Part shown: piece by piece, positions 49,180 to 61,326 of the stretch
Position numbering within the stretch: the stretch's first letter is position 1
How the letters are laid out: each line of letters starts with the position of its first letter
From: Lepidodermella squamata
Lineage: Eukaryota; Animalia; Gastrotricha
NCBI GenBank assembly: GCA_047495785.1
Contig: JBLDXI010000001.1
Location: 2,170,001 to 2,234,000, forward strand
Direction: 5' to 3'
Length of the DNA stretch: 64,000 bases
Program-made: the position numbers and the translations under genes
Notes under the pieces: generated by a model
What the model saw: only the letters and a program-made list of their open reading frames with translations
Database searches by the model: none
What the model was told of the DNA's origin: nothing

Positions 49180-49328
49180 TTTACCAACTTCTGGGACAAT
49201 TAAATATTCGAAAATTTATAACTAAAAATTTAACGAAGTATAGCGATTGAATTTATGTGTTTTATAGGGCGTTACTTTTAACAACTGCAACAATAAAATG
49301 AATCATAGTCAATTCGTTGTCTTCATAC

Positions 49329-49829
49329 TCAGTGTTTCTTTAGCAGATGTAATTTCAAAGTATCGGATCTCGTGTAAACCGCTGGGCAGAGATCGCACGG
49401 GTAGTTCGGCCTCACGGAAGCATGCGAGGAATGATGGCGCATCATATTGTTCTTAGATGTGAAATTCATGAGGCATACCGGACAGGTATTAGGCGGAAGG
49501 TCTTTCTTAGCCTCGAAGCTGTACGAACTGACCATGGGTGGCAAATCTTTCTTCAGTGATGACAAAATTTCGGAAATTCGGTCAAACGACGCGACTGTTT
49601 GAAGAATTGCATCAGGAACTTGGGTGTGTTGGAAGAAGAACGAAGCTGAAATAAATGAAGTCACTACAAATTAAAATTAGTTCGATTCGAAAATTCATCA
49701 CGAGACCAGCGAGCTTGGCTTTAGAATCGGCGCAGATCACTTCACCTTCTTCGATCAGTTTTGCTATCATTTTGATCGATAATATATTTGAAACCACAGC
49801 AGTCAACAAATTAACTAACCCTTGTCCAT
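49329..49829 (-). CDS. Type-B domain + 2 C2H2 fingers
   Basis: MDK|AKLIEEGEVICADSKAKLA|..QVPDAILQTVASFDRISEIL..SYSFEAKKDLPPNTCPVC. Confidence 0.75.
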
Positions 49830-49916
49830 AAATTCAAAAAAACTAAAATTCAATTCAAATAAAATTTCGAAATTTATCGAAAAATCAGAAAACAAATTCA
49901 CGAAGAAATACTCATT

Positions 49917-50449
49917 TCAGATCGTTTCCTCAATTTTTACATAATCAGGCACCAGAGGATCGTCCCCTATATATGGTCCGTTCGGTGGATGGATGCGCTG
50001 ATGAGTTTTCAGTTTATCAATGCGGGTGTAGGAAGCATGACACGTTTCGCAAGTGAACTTGGGCTTCACAGCCGCGTGACAGACTTCAACGTGGCGACGT
50101 AAATTTCTCGTGTCTTTGACAGTTCTCATGCATTCAGGGCAACTGACTCGAGGTTTCGGACACTCATCACGCAGTTTTCGCGACTTGAGAATTGAAACGA
50201 TTTCTATTATTCGGTCTAGCGAAATCAGGGCGGTAATGACAGAGTCAGGTAGGCTATCCAGTTTCAGCTGGAAGAAAGCAGCTACAAGAATTTTAAACGA
50301 TCGGGGAATCTTGGGGGAAACGGTCATCTCACCATGGGTTTCTGTTTTGACGACATCACTAAGTTTACCCAATTCATCCACCAATTGTGCTGAACAGGAC
50401 AAACAACCATTAAATTATGACCCCAAAAATATGTCAAACCTGTTTGCAT
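49917..50449 (-). CDS. Type-B domain + 2 C2H2 fingers
   Basis: MQT|AQLVDELGKLSDVVKTETH|AAFFQLKLDSLPDSVITALISLDRIIEIV. Confidence 0.75.
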
Positions 50450-50878
50450 ATTGAGAATTTATTCAGCTTAGCCTTCGCAGAAGCTCAAATTTAGTTCAAG
50501 TAAATCTATTTCAATTGGAGAAAGTCGAAAAATCGGGATGATTACTGACAAAAATTCAAGTTTCAATTCTCGACAGCTGGGAATTGTTGCATTTTCTTCA
50601 ATTAATGCCGAATTTTTCACAATACAGCCGAGTCCTTAAACCAGTGAGATTCGTGATGGCAATTTGATTTTATGGGGGATTTTTTCGCATTCATAACTGG
50701 ATCAAATTTCTCTTTCAATCAGGCAAAAATTCAACAATCATTAAAAATAGGAAAATTTGTAATCACCGACAGACATCAAATTAAATTTAGCTGCTTATCA
50801 CTGACCAAAATCTCTAATTCACGCACAATTTTCCCGGTGAGTGAGCTAAGCTCGTATTATAAATTTCGATTTCTTCTA

Positions 50879-53189
50879 ATGGAGTCGGGGATACCTTTGC
50901 AAGTAGGCCAGCTATTCCAGCTCAACGAAACGGTTCAAGGATTGAATCTGGGTGCCATTTTTTCCAAGAGCTCGATCAACATAACGGAGAAGTACACCCT
51001 ATTGGCAGCTGCAATTTTCCTTAACACCTTGTCTTGGGCTAAGAATAAGGGCCGAGATGACGCTTGTTGGCTGCGAAGACCTTACAACATGTCGGCGAGA
51101 TTTATGCTAGGTTGGGAAGACAACGCTTATCTAAGAAGAAATCTAGCCACAGACGGGGTTACGGAGGGCTGCTATGCGATCATGGAGATGACCTACAAAT
51201 GCATATGCACAACCCCTGCGCCCGATAATGAGCTAGGATGTCGAGCGAATGACACAATCAGGCCTTGTATCAGGCTCGAGATTGAGCTGCAAACCCCGAC
51301 GGTGACCAGGAGTAATGAGGCAATAACTTGGCGGGGTTATGCATCGGCCGGTTTGAACATTCTAACATCGTTGGTTACAGTTATTTGTAAGTTTCGAACT
51401 TCGAATCTCACTTAATTTGTTGTCTCTTCAGTAAATAGCGCTGTGATCTACGTTTGGGCGAGGAATCCTCAGCTGCAAACAGTGACTAACACTTTCGTAA
51501 TCAACTTAGTCCCAGCTAACTTGGCACTCGTGGTTTTGACTTTACCCATTAAGGTGGGTTGATTATTCCAGCTTTTATATTTTATAATTCACAGTTTTCA
51601 ATTTCAATCAGGCCTATGGAACTTTGTCGCAATTCGGAGAGTTAAATTGGTTTACAACTGATCCATATTGGATAGCCGACGTGTTTTGCAAAATCTACTC
51701 CATCATACCGACACTTGCGATGATCATTTCAGCAAATATGTTGGCTCTAATAGGTTACGAGAGGTATCAGGCCATTTGCAACCCACTGAATAGCCAGCGC
51801 CAGCTGTCTCGAAAACGGGCTTATAAGCTGATTGCGATTGTATGGCTTTGGTCTCTTGTATCCTGTACCCCAGTCATTGTATACAACGTAAGAACCATTG
51901 CCTTGTAAAAATTATCAAATCATTTTATAAACGGATTTCGTGAACTTTTCCAAGCTCAACTCGGACGATTTATTTAGAAATGGGTCGTCTTCAAGAGGAA
52001 TCGCACTTTTCCATCTTATATCAAATTTTCAATATTTAATTAGTCAAACAAGCATTACATTTTTTCAATTTTCTTCATGATCCCAAAATTATGAAATTAA
52101 AATTATGAAAATTAAAATAAAAAATTTGAGAAAAAGTTCAAATGAATTACAATTAAATTTAGCGTGATGTCCTGCACGCAGCCCATGATTACTTCGGGTA
52201 AAGAGAATAATCAATCATCATTCAGCCAAATTTACAGGTCTTGCTCCGCTGAGAGCTTTGAAAATTTGATTCGAGTCGAATTTAAAAACGAGATACAAGA
52301 ATATGCTGAATGCTGATTCAACTCCGAATTCGACTCCATTTTCCAAAATTTAATGAAGAACTAAAAAAGACGCTAGGTGAAATTTTTTGGTTTTCTGGCT
52401 GTAGGGTATTTTTCTCAGCGGAACTACCGAAGGGTACCAACTTTTCTGCGGGGTGACATTTGATCAGTTCTTGATTGAAAACATCTCAACTCTACATGCC
52501 GTCTATCGCATCACAATCGTGATTTCACAGTTTTTCATACCCGCCATCGTCCTCAGCGTTGTCTACGCCAGAATTCTAATGGTCCTAAGGCTTCGCGTAA
52601 GCATTGATAAGCCTCAATCGGCCAGCGGATCGGGAATTGGTCGCTTTTTGCCAAAAAGACTGTTGCTCGCATCCAAGAAACCAGAGTAAGAATTTCGTAA
52701 TTTTTCTCGTAATTTCCGTGAATTTCTTTCCATAGGCCAACTGCAATGAAGTTGTCTCTAGACGAACGCGAGCGCATTCGTGAGAAAACCGCCCGACTAA
52801 CTCGCCGGGCTACAATGACTTGTTTCTACTGTTTAGCCGCGTTCGTTCTACTCTGGCTGCCGTACGCAGTGGCTGAAGTTATAACTTGTATCAGCTTCTA
52901 CTCTCCAAGATTGATGCTGGGACTTGTTTGGTACACAACGTTTGGCTCTTTCGACACGCTAGGGCTTTACCATTCGATAGCAATGACTTTCTCGTTTTTC
53001 TCGACGCTGATCTATTGCGGTGGAAATCAACAGTGGTTTAGTTTGGTAAAGCAACTCCTTCTATGTAACCGTTCACCGAGCAAGGAAGGCTCACCTATTG
53101 CCGATGTTCGCGAAGTTTCATCCACCTCAACTTCGCATGACCATGTAGCAAACAAATCTTCGAAAGCTTCCAATTTCTCTATTTCATGA
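50879..53189 (+). CDS. Rhodopsin-family (class A) GPCR, neuropeptide-receptor-like, multi-exon
   Basis: LQTVTNTFVINL, FCKIY..GYERYQAICNPL, IVWLWSLVSCTP, FFIPAIVLSVVYARI and FVLLWLPY, plus a long Cys-containing N-terminus. Confidence 0.85.
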
Positions 53190-53440
53190 AATCTTGTTTG
53201 AATCACGAAACCGAAATTTTTTTTCTAACAATATTCCGAATAAGAATTTAATCCCCTTTAAGAGCATCAATTTTAGAGTAAAATCTAAATAGTAAAAATA
53301 ATTGAAAATTGTCAATAAATTCCAAATTGACAGCCCCTATTATTCACTATTGATAAATAAAAGTCCCTATAATAAAGATTCAATAAAATTGAAAATAGCC
53401 TAGACTTTCGAAAACAATTTTTGCATCCAAGTCATTTCCA

Positions 53441-54686
53441 TCACCCAGCATTCTCTAAATGCTTTCGGAAAGTTCGCCTAGTCTGAAAACGTCTTCTACA
53501 ATAAACACAGAACAATTTAGGCGGCAAATGCCGTAGCGCCATATGCCGGACCAGCGAGTTCCGCCATACAAAGATTCTTGAGCATACTTTGCAAGGAAAC
53601 CCAGTCTTTTTCGAGTGCTTAGTTCTCAGATGATGGTCCAGCGTTTGTTTGTACCTAAATTTAGTCGGGCATTGGTTACAATGGAAGTCGGGTGATTTTG
53701 TATGAACAGTTTGATGCTTCAACAATTTCGACGCTGATCGCCATGAAGTGGAACAGACTTGGCACCATAATTTCCTCCAAGTTACCTGTTCAAAAAAGTC
53801 AGTTTCAACGACAAATGAGGATTAATAGCTCGTACATGACCGTGCTGAATGGCCTCGAGGTATTCGGTGAAGCCGACGCTACATTTCCGGCAATTATACG
53901 ACAAATAAGTCTGATGATTCCGAGATAAATGCTCCGACAGCAAGGATTCGGTGGCGAGAGATTCCGAACAGACTTCGAATGGGCACTTTGGCGTGATAGG
54001 ATGGACCAAACATCCCAAAACAGCCGCGAAAAATTTTCGGTGACAACGGATCTTCAAACTACAGCTAATACATTCATTTTTTGCCCGATTTGTTTGAACC
54101 TTCGGAATCTTTTGAGCCAACTTCTTTTTTAACAATTTCATTCCTTAATATTGAGAAAAATTGTAGATATCGAATCTCATACTTTCAGATGGTTTATGAC
54201 GTGGATCTTCCACGAGTTTAGATTCTGAACATCTTCAGAGCAAATGCAGCATTGCCACGGAATCGTTCTATTGATTCCTCTATTATGACGATATTTTATA
54301 TGACTGTTCACAGAGGAGTATTTCGAGAATTTTTCTCCACACAGGCCGCAAGTCCATAAATTGGCCAAGCTCCTGGGTAACCGGCGCCGGTCGTGCCTGA
54401 GGGCGTGATCGAAGAATGAAACCGGCGATGAGAATAGCCTTCTGCAAACGACGCATTTCACAGAGGGCGAGGGGCGATGTTTCCGACCCAAATGCAACCG
54501 CAGGCCTTCCGAGGTTGTAGATGCGAAGCTGCAAACTGGGCAATCGAAGTAAATTATCTCAGGAGAATGCATCAATTCATGATGGAACCACAGGCTCTCC
54601 GCCGAGTCGAAATTCCGGCCACAAGTTGGACAAGCACAAAAAGCGGGTATCAAATCGCCGAATTCAAACATTCTAAAATCAATCAC
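53441..54686 (-). CDS. Multi-C2H2 ZF protein, three exons
   Basis: ORFs 54177-54686, 53782-54141 and 53441-53725 join through short GT-AG introns. About 12 fingers, including an HRPSP linker. Confidence 0.75.
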
Positions 54687-54714
54687 CTTTCAATTTAAAA
54701 AATTATCGATATTT

Positions 54715-55374
54715 TCAGACTTCAAGTTCAGGGTTGAAATGGTTATTGGCCAAATGTCTCTTCATGGCCAACTCATTTCTGAAAGTTTTTCGACAATTCG
54801 GGCGCAGGCATTTCACAGGCGGGCCTCGAGCACCCAAAGCATGAGTCTTCAGATGCTGTCGCCTACCGAAGGGAGAGCTCAACTCTTTCGGACACAGCGT
54901 ACATTTCCACGTGGCGTTGAAATGGAGCCTGTTTTCGTGAACTTTCAAATCGCCGGTTGTACGAAACTTCTGACCACAAGTCATACACTCACAAGTCTTG
55001 AAGTAGTGAGCATACCGCATATGATGAAACAGCAAATGATTAGTCAAATAATAGTTGCTGCACACCGGGCATATAAACTGTTTAGTTTCCGGCTTCGGCT
55101 TGAGACACAAATTGCCGTGGTTCCTTTTAGCAGTCCACGAAGGAAATAACCGCCCACATTTTTCGCACGCTAGGTAAGGGGATGGGCGATGGAAACGCGT
55201 TAGGTGTTGCTGGAGGTACAAAAAACAATTGAATAAATGCGGGCAGACCGGGCATTTCAAAGGTTCAGCTTCCGTGCGATGCATCGCCTTCATGTGAGCG
55301 TTCAAATTCGTTTTACACGTAAATTCCCGTCCGCATTCACCGCATTTAATCAGAACTCTTTTTCTTGCCATCAT
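54715..55374 (-). CDS. Multi-C2H2 ZF protein ending HFNPELEV
   Basis: Paralog of 32394 and 33848. Confidence 0.85.
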   Translation of the reverse strand: MMARKRVLIKCGECGREFTCKTNLNAHMKAMHRTEAEPLKCPVCPHLFNCFLYLQQHLTRFHRPSPYLACEKCGRLFPSWTAKRNHGNLCLKPKPETKQFICPVCSNYYLTNHLLFHHMRYAHYFKTCECMTCGQKFRTTGDLKVHENRLHFNATWKCTLCPKELSSPFGRRQHLKTHALGARGPPVKCLRPNCRKTFRNELAMKRHLANNHFNPELEV

Positions 55375-55949
55375 GTCACCAAGTAAAACCTAAGAAGATG
55401 GGTTTATATTATTATAATCTGTTCACAGGGTTCAGAGCTAAATTTCAACGGCAACGAGATGAGTGATTTCGAAGTCCGGCAGGCTGGAAAAATCGTTTCG
55501 AGCAATTCTGGCACTGAAATTTGGGCGTAGGATCGTGCAGTAACATGTGATTCTTCTTGCCAGCTTCAGTTTTGAACACAGCTGCACACACGTGGCAGCT
55601 CAGAGGATCTACTGCAGGCGGGGCACTGAACGAATACGAATTATTCGACCCTTTTCCACAAACACAATTTTTTTCTGAAGTTGAAAATTATCCTCCTTAA
55701 TAAATTTTTCGATATGGATAAAACGCTAACTGAATTCTTCGAGTTGCTTCTCCAGCTGAGCGATTTTTATCTCGGCAACAATCGATTCCATCTGGCCTCT
55801 AATTTCGGTAAATTAATTAATAGTCTAACTACGATCAAAAATGCATCAAATATCGCAAAAAATTGTGAATCGTAAGCCTAACACGAATCTATATAGACGG
55901 CAGCAAAAATTATTCTAAATTAATTCCAAATTCAGGGCGTAACCTGGTA

Positions 55950-56372
55950 CTATTGGATTTCACGATGAGGACGTCTCATGTGGGCACGTAGATTTTTGTG
56001 GTTACCAAACGACTTCGGGCAGCGATCGCATTTGAAAGGTTTCGAAGTCTCGTCTTCTGAAGCTGCGAAATTTTGAAGCGTTTCTAAGCCGTCATCCTTC
56101 CTTTTCTCATTCGCAATTTCGAAACTTGGCCTCTTAGAGGGAGCCGTTTTATTCATATCACGTTGAACCATTTCTCTGATAAAATCTTTCCAATCATCGT
56201 CCACATCAACGATTTCATCTTGAGGAGGCGCGATCGCTTCGACAAGATCTTGAAGGTAGTTGACTTGAGCGTAGCACATCGCTAAATATGGATTCGTCGA
56301 GGCTTCATTGTGCGTCAAAATGGTTCGGACGAGTAACACAACTGCTTGCTTAATGGCACGAATTTTTTCCAT
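55950..56372 (-). CDS. Type-A domain + 1 C2H2 finger
   Basis: VLLVRTILTHNEASTNPYLAMCYAQVNYLQDLV, then KPFKCDRC..HMRRPH. Confidence 0.8.
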   Translation of the reverse strand: MEKIRAIKQAVVLLVRTILTHNEASTNPYLAMCYAQVNYLQDLVEAIAPPQDEIVDVDDDWKDFIREMVQRDMNKTAPSKRPSFEIANEKRKDDGLETLQNFAASEDETSKPFKCDRCPKSFGNHKNLRAHMRRPHREIQ

Positions 56373-56443
56373 CGAAAAATCGAAATTTTATAAACAAAAG
56401 AGAGTCCTAGAAAAATGAGGTTTTCGAATGGATGTTTTACTGA

Positions 56444-56962
56444 TTAGTGAATAGTTTTCAGAGTTTCAGATGTCTGGAAGAGTTCAGGATGGTAATATTT
56501 ACGGTGATAGCTCCAGCTGATCTTAGAACTGTACGTTCGAGGGCATACCTGACAGCCGTAAGGTTTGACTCGATGAGGTAGTTTTCGATGGTTCCTGAGA
56601 TTGGCCCGGGTAGTGAATGTCTTCCAGCACTGATCACATTGGATGGTTCCCGAAGTATTGGCTCCAGCCGATTTGATAGGCTGAACAGCCGGTACGGTCA
56701 GCAAATCATTAGGATCTATGTTTCTATGCGGAGAATTCACAAATTCGCCCATGTGAGGATGCGGAACGATTTCCTTGGCCAAGTTGCGGGGTGAGCTAGC
56801 TTCGCGAGATATTGAATCAAGGATTTCTTGGAGATAAATCAACTGAGCCCGGCACATGACCAAAAAGGAATTGGTATGAGCTTCATCATGGGTCTCAAAC
56901 AGGCAGACAAGTAATTCCACGGTATGCTGCGCTGCTTTGAGCTGTTTTTCAAATTCCATCAA
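56444..56962 (-). CDS. Type-A domain + 2 C2H2 fingers
   Basis: VELLVCLFETHDEAHTNSFLVMCRAQLIYLQEIL followed by two fingers. Confidence 0.8.
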   Translation of the reverse strand: MMEFEKQLKAAQHTVELLVCLFETHDEAHTNSFLVMCRAQLIYLQEILDSISREASSPRNLAKEIVPHPHMGEFVNSPHRNIDPNDLLTVPAVQPIKSAGANTSGTIQCDQCWKTFTTRANLRNHRKLPHRVKPYGCQVCPRTYSSKISWSYHRKYYHPELFQTSETLKTIH

Positions 56963-57176
56963 GTTTTAGTTGTAATGAGACCTAAAAATAGACAAATCGG
57001 CCGCATCGAACGTGTAGAACTTTACCCATTCGTAACTCAAAAAACTGAAAATGTAATCGAATTAGATCAAGTAACACAGGTTGACCGATTGGACCCGGGA
57101 GAATTTTATGTCTTTTCAGATGATCAGACAGATTGCTTAAGTCTTCGGGCACAATGTGCATTTCCACTTGACAATT

Positions 57177-58177
57177 TCATGCTTCGCCAGCTTGTGATAC
57201 CTCATCCTTACTAGCATGCACTGATCGTATGTGTTTGGTCAAACGCCGTCTAGAGAGGTTGTTCAGACCGCATATCGTACATGGGAATTCAGGCTGACAA
57301 TCCTCAACATCGGCGACGGTTCCGTGTACTTTCATATGCCTCCGAAGACTGCAAGACTGGATATAAACTTTAGGGCACAATGTGCATTTCCACTCGCCTT
57401 GATCGCGCTTCGCCGGGTCATGAAATTTCATATGCTTTTGAAGAGTATTAGGCCAGGTGAAAACTTTAGGGCACAATGTGCATTTCCACTTGACATTTTC
57501 ATGCTTCGCCAGCTCATGATTCTTAGCACCCCAACTGGAGGTGAATGATTTTCCACAAACCAAGCACGGAAATCGCACAGATTGATGTACTTGCATGTCA
57601 TGTGAATACAAGGAACTTTGATTCCGGTAAGTCATTGAGCACTTCATGCATTTCACGTTGCCGCCATGCATTTCTCTCACATGTTTCCTCCAGGCTTTCA
57701 ACGAGTTGAACATTTTACAGCAATTTTCACACGGCTGCGAAGGTGTGGGGCGATGCTTCTGAGTCAAGTGTTGTTGGAGGTATTCTTCGCAACGTAGTTT
57801 GATGTGGCAGACAGGGCATTCTTTTGAATCTTCCCTGCTAGCATGTACCCCTTGAATGTGTCGGGTCAACATCTGTCTATTGGAGGTATTCAAGCCGCAA
57901 ATCGAACAAAGGAACTTAGGCTGATAACCCTCAATATCGCTAGCGATTGTACCTGGGAATCATATGGAGAAATAGTGTAGTAGAGTAAACAACAGTACTT
58001 ACATCGGTTCTGATGTCTCCAAACTTCTGATGGCGTGTAGAAAGACTTATGACATCTCTTGCATTCGAAATGGGGAGATGCGGCGTGTAAATGCACGTGA
58101 TCTCGCTTACTTTCTATTCTCTCGAAAACAGCAGCGCAAATCGGACAGGTCAGGCTATCCAGCGGCTTCACAGCCAT
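57177..58177 (-). CDS. Multi-C2H2 ZF protein with a rearranged 3' end
   Basis: MAVKPLDSLTCPIC exon and a terminal exon with duplicated WKCTLCPKV fingers; an out-of-frame finger remnant follows downstream. Confidence 0.7.
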
Positions 58178-58516
58178 TCAAGCAAAAATGTCAAGCTTCA
58201 AAAATGATTTAACAGGGAAAAATCAGAATTTCAGGCTACTATTCAGTCTAAGTTTACAGCTTCATACAAGGGTTTCAAAGGTGAGCTTACATCATGACCG
58301 AATTGAATTAGCAATCTTCGAAAAATCATTTAATTAGAACAACATTAGAAAATCGTACAAGAAAATTAATTGCCAAGTTCCTTCAAATTATGTCCAAAAC
58401 GTGCCTTTTATCTATTTCTTATTATCCAAAATATTTGAGCATCATCTTCATTCCCAATGGAAATTATCTTTCACTCCATTATTAACGTCGACGAATAAAA
58501 AAAGCTAATAATCAAT

Positions 58517-59491
58517 TTATCTAGGGACGGATCCGTGTACTTTCATATGCCTCCGAAGATTGAAAGACTGGTTATAAACTTTAGGGCACAATGTGCATTT
58601 CCACTCGCCATGATCGCGCTTCATCGGGTGAAATTTCATATGCTTTTGAAGACTATTAGGCCGGGTGAAAACTTTAGGGCACAATGTGCATTTCCACCTG
58701 ACTTTTTCATGCTCCACCAGCTCATGATTCTTAGCCCCCGAACTGGAGGTGAATGATTTTCCACAAACCAAGCACGGAAATCGCACAGATTGATGCACTC
58801 GCATGTCATGTAGATACAAAGAACTTTGGTTGCGGTAAGTCATTGAGCACTTGTTGCATTTCATGCATTTCATGTTGCTGCCATGCACTTCTCTCACATG
58901 TTTCCTCCAGGCTCTCAACGAGGTGAAAATTTTACAGCAATATTCACACTGCTGTGAAGGCAAAGGGCGATGCTTCTGAGCCAAGTGTCGTTGGAGGTAT
59001 TCTTTGCAACGGGATTTGATGTGGCAGACAGGGCATTCCCTTGAATCTTCCATACTAGCATGAACCGCTTGTACGTGTCTGGACAAATATTGTCTAGAGA
59101 AGGCATTCAGACCGCATATTGTACAAAGGAATTCAGGCTGATAACCCTCAACATCGGTGACGAATGCACCTGGGAATCATACGGTGAAATTGTGTAGCAG
59201 AGTAAGCAACATGACTTACATCTGTTCCGATGTCTCCGAACTCCCGATGGCTTGTAGAAAGCCATATGACATCTCTTACATTCGAACTGGGGAGATGCGT
59301 CGTGTAAATGCACGTGATCTCGCTTGGCGTCAATTCTCTTGAAAACAGCGGCACAAATTGGACAGGTCAGGCTATCCAGCGGCTTAGCCCGAGATGAGCC
59401 ATGTTTCCTGTCTTTTACCAGTTAGTCGAATATTTACAGAGGATATATTTTGGGGAGCACAAAGTGACTCACCATCGGGCTTCAAATCCAT
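58517..59491 (-). CDS. Multi-C2H2 ZF protein, recent duplicate of 57177-58177
   Basis: Long stretches of near-identical DNA with 57320-58170. Confidence 0.75.
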
Positions 59492-59845
59492 TCAACACAA
59501 ATCCGTAGATTCGAAAATGCTACGACACCAAAAATAAATGGAAAAATTGAGGCAAATTTTTAGTTCAGCTACACCAGCTTTATACTCAACAGTCAGCTGA
59601 CAACATGACCGAAGTGGATTAGAAAACTTTGAAAAATCCCAGCAAATTGTAAATAAGGGCTATAGGTTACGGTATAGGAATCGAATTAACATTCATTACA
59701 AAACTGAACGAGACAATTCATTGCCATGCTCCTTCCTATAATCGCATGATGAGCTGCTGATCATTTGCGAGCATAATCGACCTTCCCAACGGAAATATTA
59801 TGACAGCCCTCATCAATGGCGACCAATAACAAGTTAATCATCAGT

Positions 59846-60737
59846 TTATCCAGGGAAGATTCCGTGTACTTTCATATGCCTCCGAAAACTGGCAGAGTGA
59901 TTGAAAAATTTAGGGCAAAGGTTGCAATTCCACTTGACATTGTCGTGTTTTGCCAGCTCATGAATCTTAGCGTTTTCACTCGATACGAATAATTTGCCAC
60001 AAGTCAAGCATGAAAATCGCACAGACTGATGCACTCGCTTGTCGTGATGATTCAGTACGATTTGATTTCGAAAATTCAGAGAGCATTTCGTGCATTCGAA
60101 GTCTCTGCCATGCATTCGTCTAACATGTCTACTCAAGGTTTTCAACGAGGAGTAGATTTTACAGCAATATTCACACTGCTGCGAAATCGTGGGGCGATGA
60201 TTTTGGGACATGTGATAGTAAAGGTATCTTGAGCAACGGCATTTCAGGTGGCATACAGGGCATTCTCTTGAATCTTCCTTGCGGGCGTGAACTGATTTCA
60301 GATGCGCAGTCAAATCACGCTTATCGAATAATTCCAGACCGCATATGGGGCACACATATTCAGATAGACAACCTTGAATCCTGAAAGCTTTTTCATCTGA
60401 AAACCGGCAGATAAATCGTATGGTAAATTATCTCAGCTTACGACAACGCTCCACATGGTATTTAAGTCTCCCTTTCGTGAGAAGTGTCTTGGGACATGAA
60501 TCGCATTTGAAACTGGGGGATTCATCGTGAAAATGCAAGGTTTTTGCAGAAAGCGGACTGAACTCAAAACCTTGGCGCAAAATGGGCAGGTGCGGCTGTC
60601 AAGCGACGCATTCTTGTGTGAATTTTTCTTCTTCCCTGAGACTTGAAAAATTCGAAACAAATGTATTTTATCAGTACCAAATATTTTTCAACTACCAGGT
60701 GTCATTAATTGAGCCTTTTTGAGCCTTTCGCGGCCAT
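59846..60737 (-). pseudogene. Multi-ZF gene (HRPTISQQCE family) with an apparent exon-2 frameshift
   Basis: Terminal exon is intact, but exon 2 reads QKPCIFTMNP where paralogs read QEHVHxHDESP (small deletion ~60540). Confidence 0.6.
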
Positions 60738-60985
60738 ATGAAGATACAAGTTTAGCTTCCCCCTATTATATTATGAAAGGCCTCTAAAGGAATAATTTAA
60801 ATTGGTATAGAATCTATTTGAAACTCAACCGAAAAAGAATCTTCTTTTACTTACTTTTACTACTTAATTAACAATACCTCTTTGTGATCGTTGTGATCGT
60901 CAAGGTATTTAAAACAACGTAGTTTGACGTGACAGACAGAGCATTCAATTGAATCTTTCTTGGCGGCATGAACCGATATCTGGTT

Positions 60986-61077
60986 GATGGCCGCAGCCTG
61001 GTGTTGACGCAATGTGATTTCTGCCCAGTGCTTTGAATGTCGAAGTGAAGAAATTCAACCAAGCTCGGGTAAACGGT

Positions 61078-61111
<34 letters not shown>
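60986..61111 (+). rRNA. 28S rRNA fragment (~126 nt) including the R2 / I-PpoI target site; not a functional rRNA gene
   Basis: gtgttgacgcaatgtgatttctgcccagtgc..gtgaagaaattcaa..gggtaaacgg.gggagtaactatgactctcttaaggtagccaaat matches the conserved eukaryotic LSU rRNA core. Confidence 0.9.
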
Positions 61112-61326
61112 TAAGATGAAACGCCGCCTTTTTATTTTTTCAAATTTTTAAATGGATGTGGCTATGTGAACACAGGAAAAGTGTATCGCGCATTGGCTAT
61201 GCGTACACAATATGCGTGACACACAGCCATGGCCTTTTTAAATGATCAAAAAGTATTTTTTGTTAATAATACTAGGTACGGCTCACATGCTCACTCCGTT
61301 CGCATGGTATACTGGATACTGGATAC
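60986..61326 (+). mobile_element. Putative 28S-headed retroposed insertion (SINE-like)
   Basis: 28S head, about 190 nt of unknown body and an (atactgg)x3 tail, interrupting a ZF recognition helix. Confidence 0.5.

Noticed and set aside
60986-61111. rDNA locus or intact R2 element
   Set aside because: Only 126 nt of 28S, and no reverse transcriptase ORF nearby.
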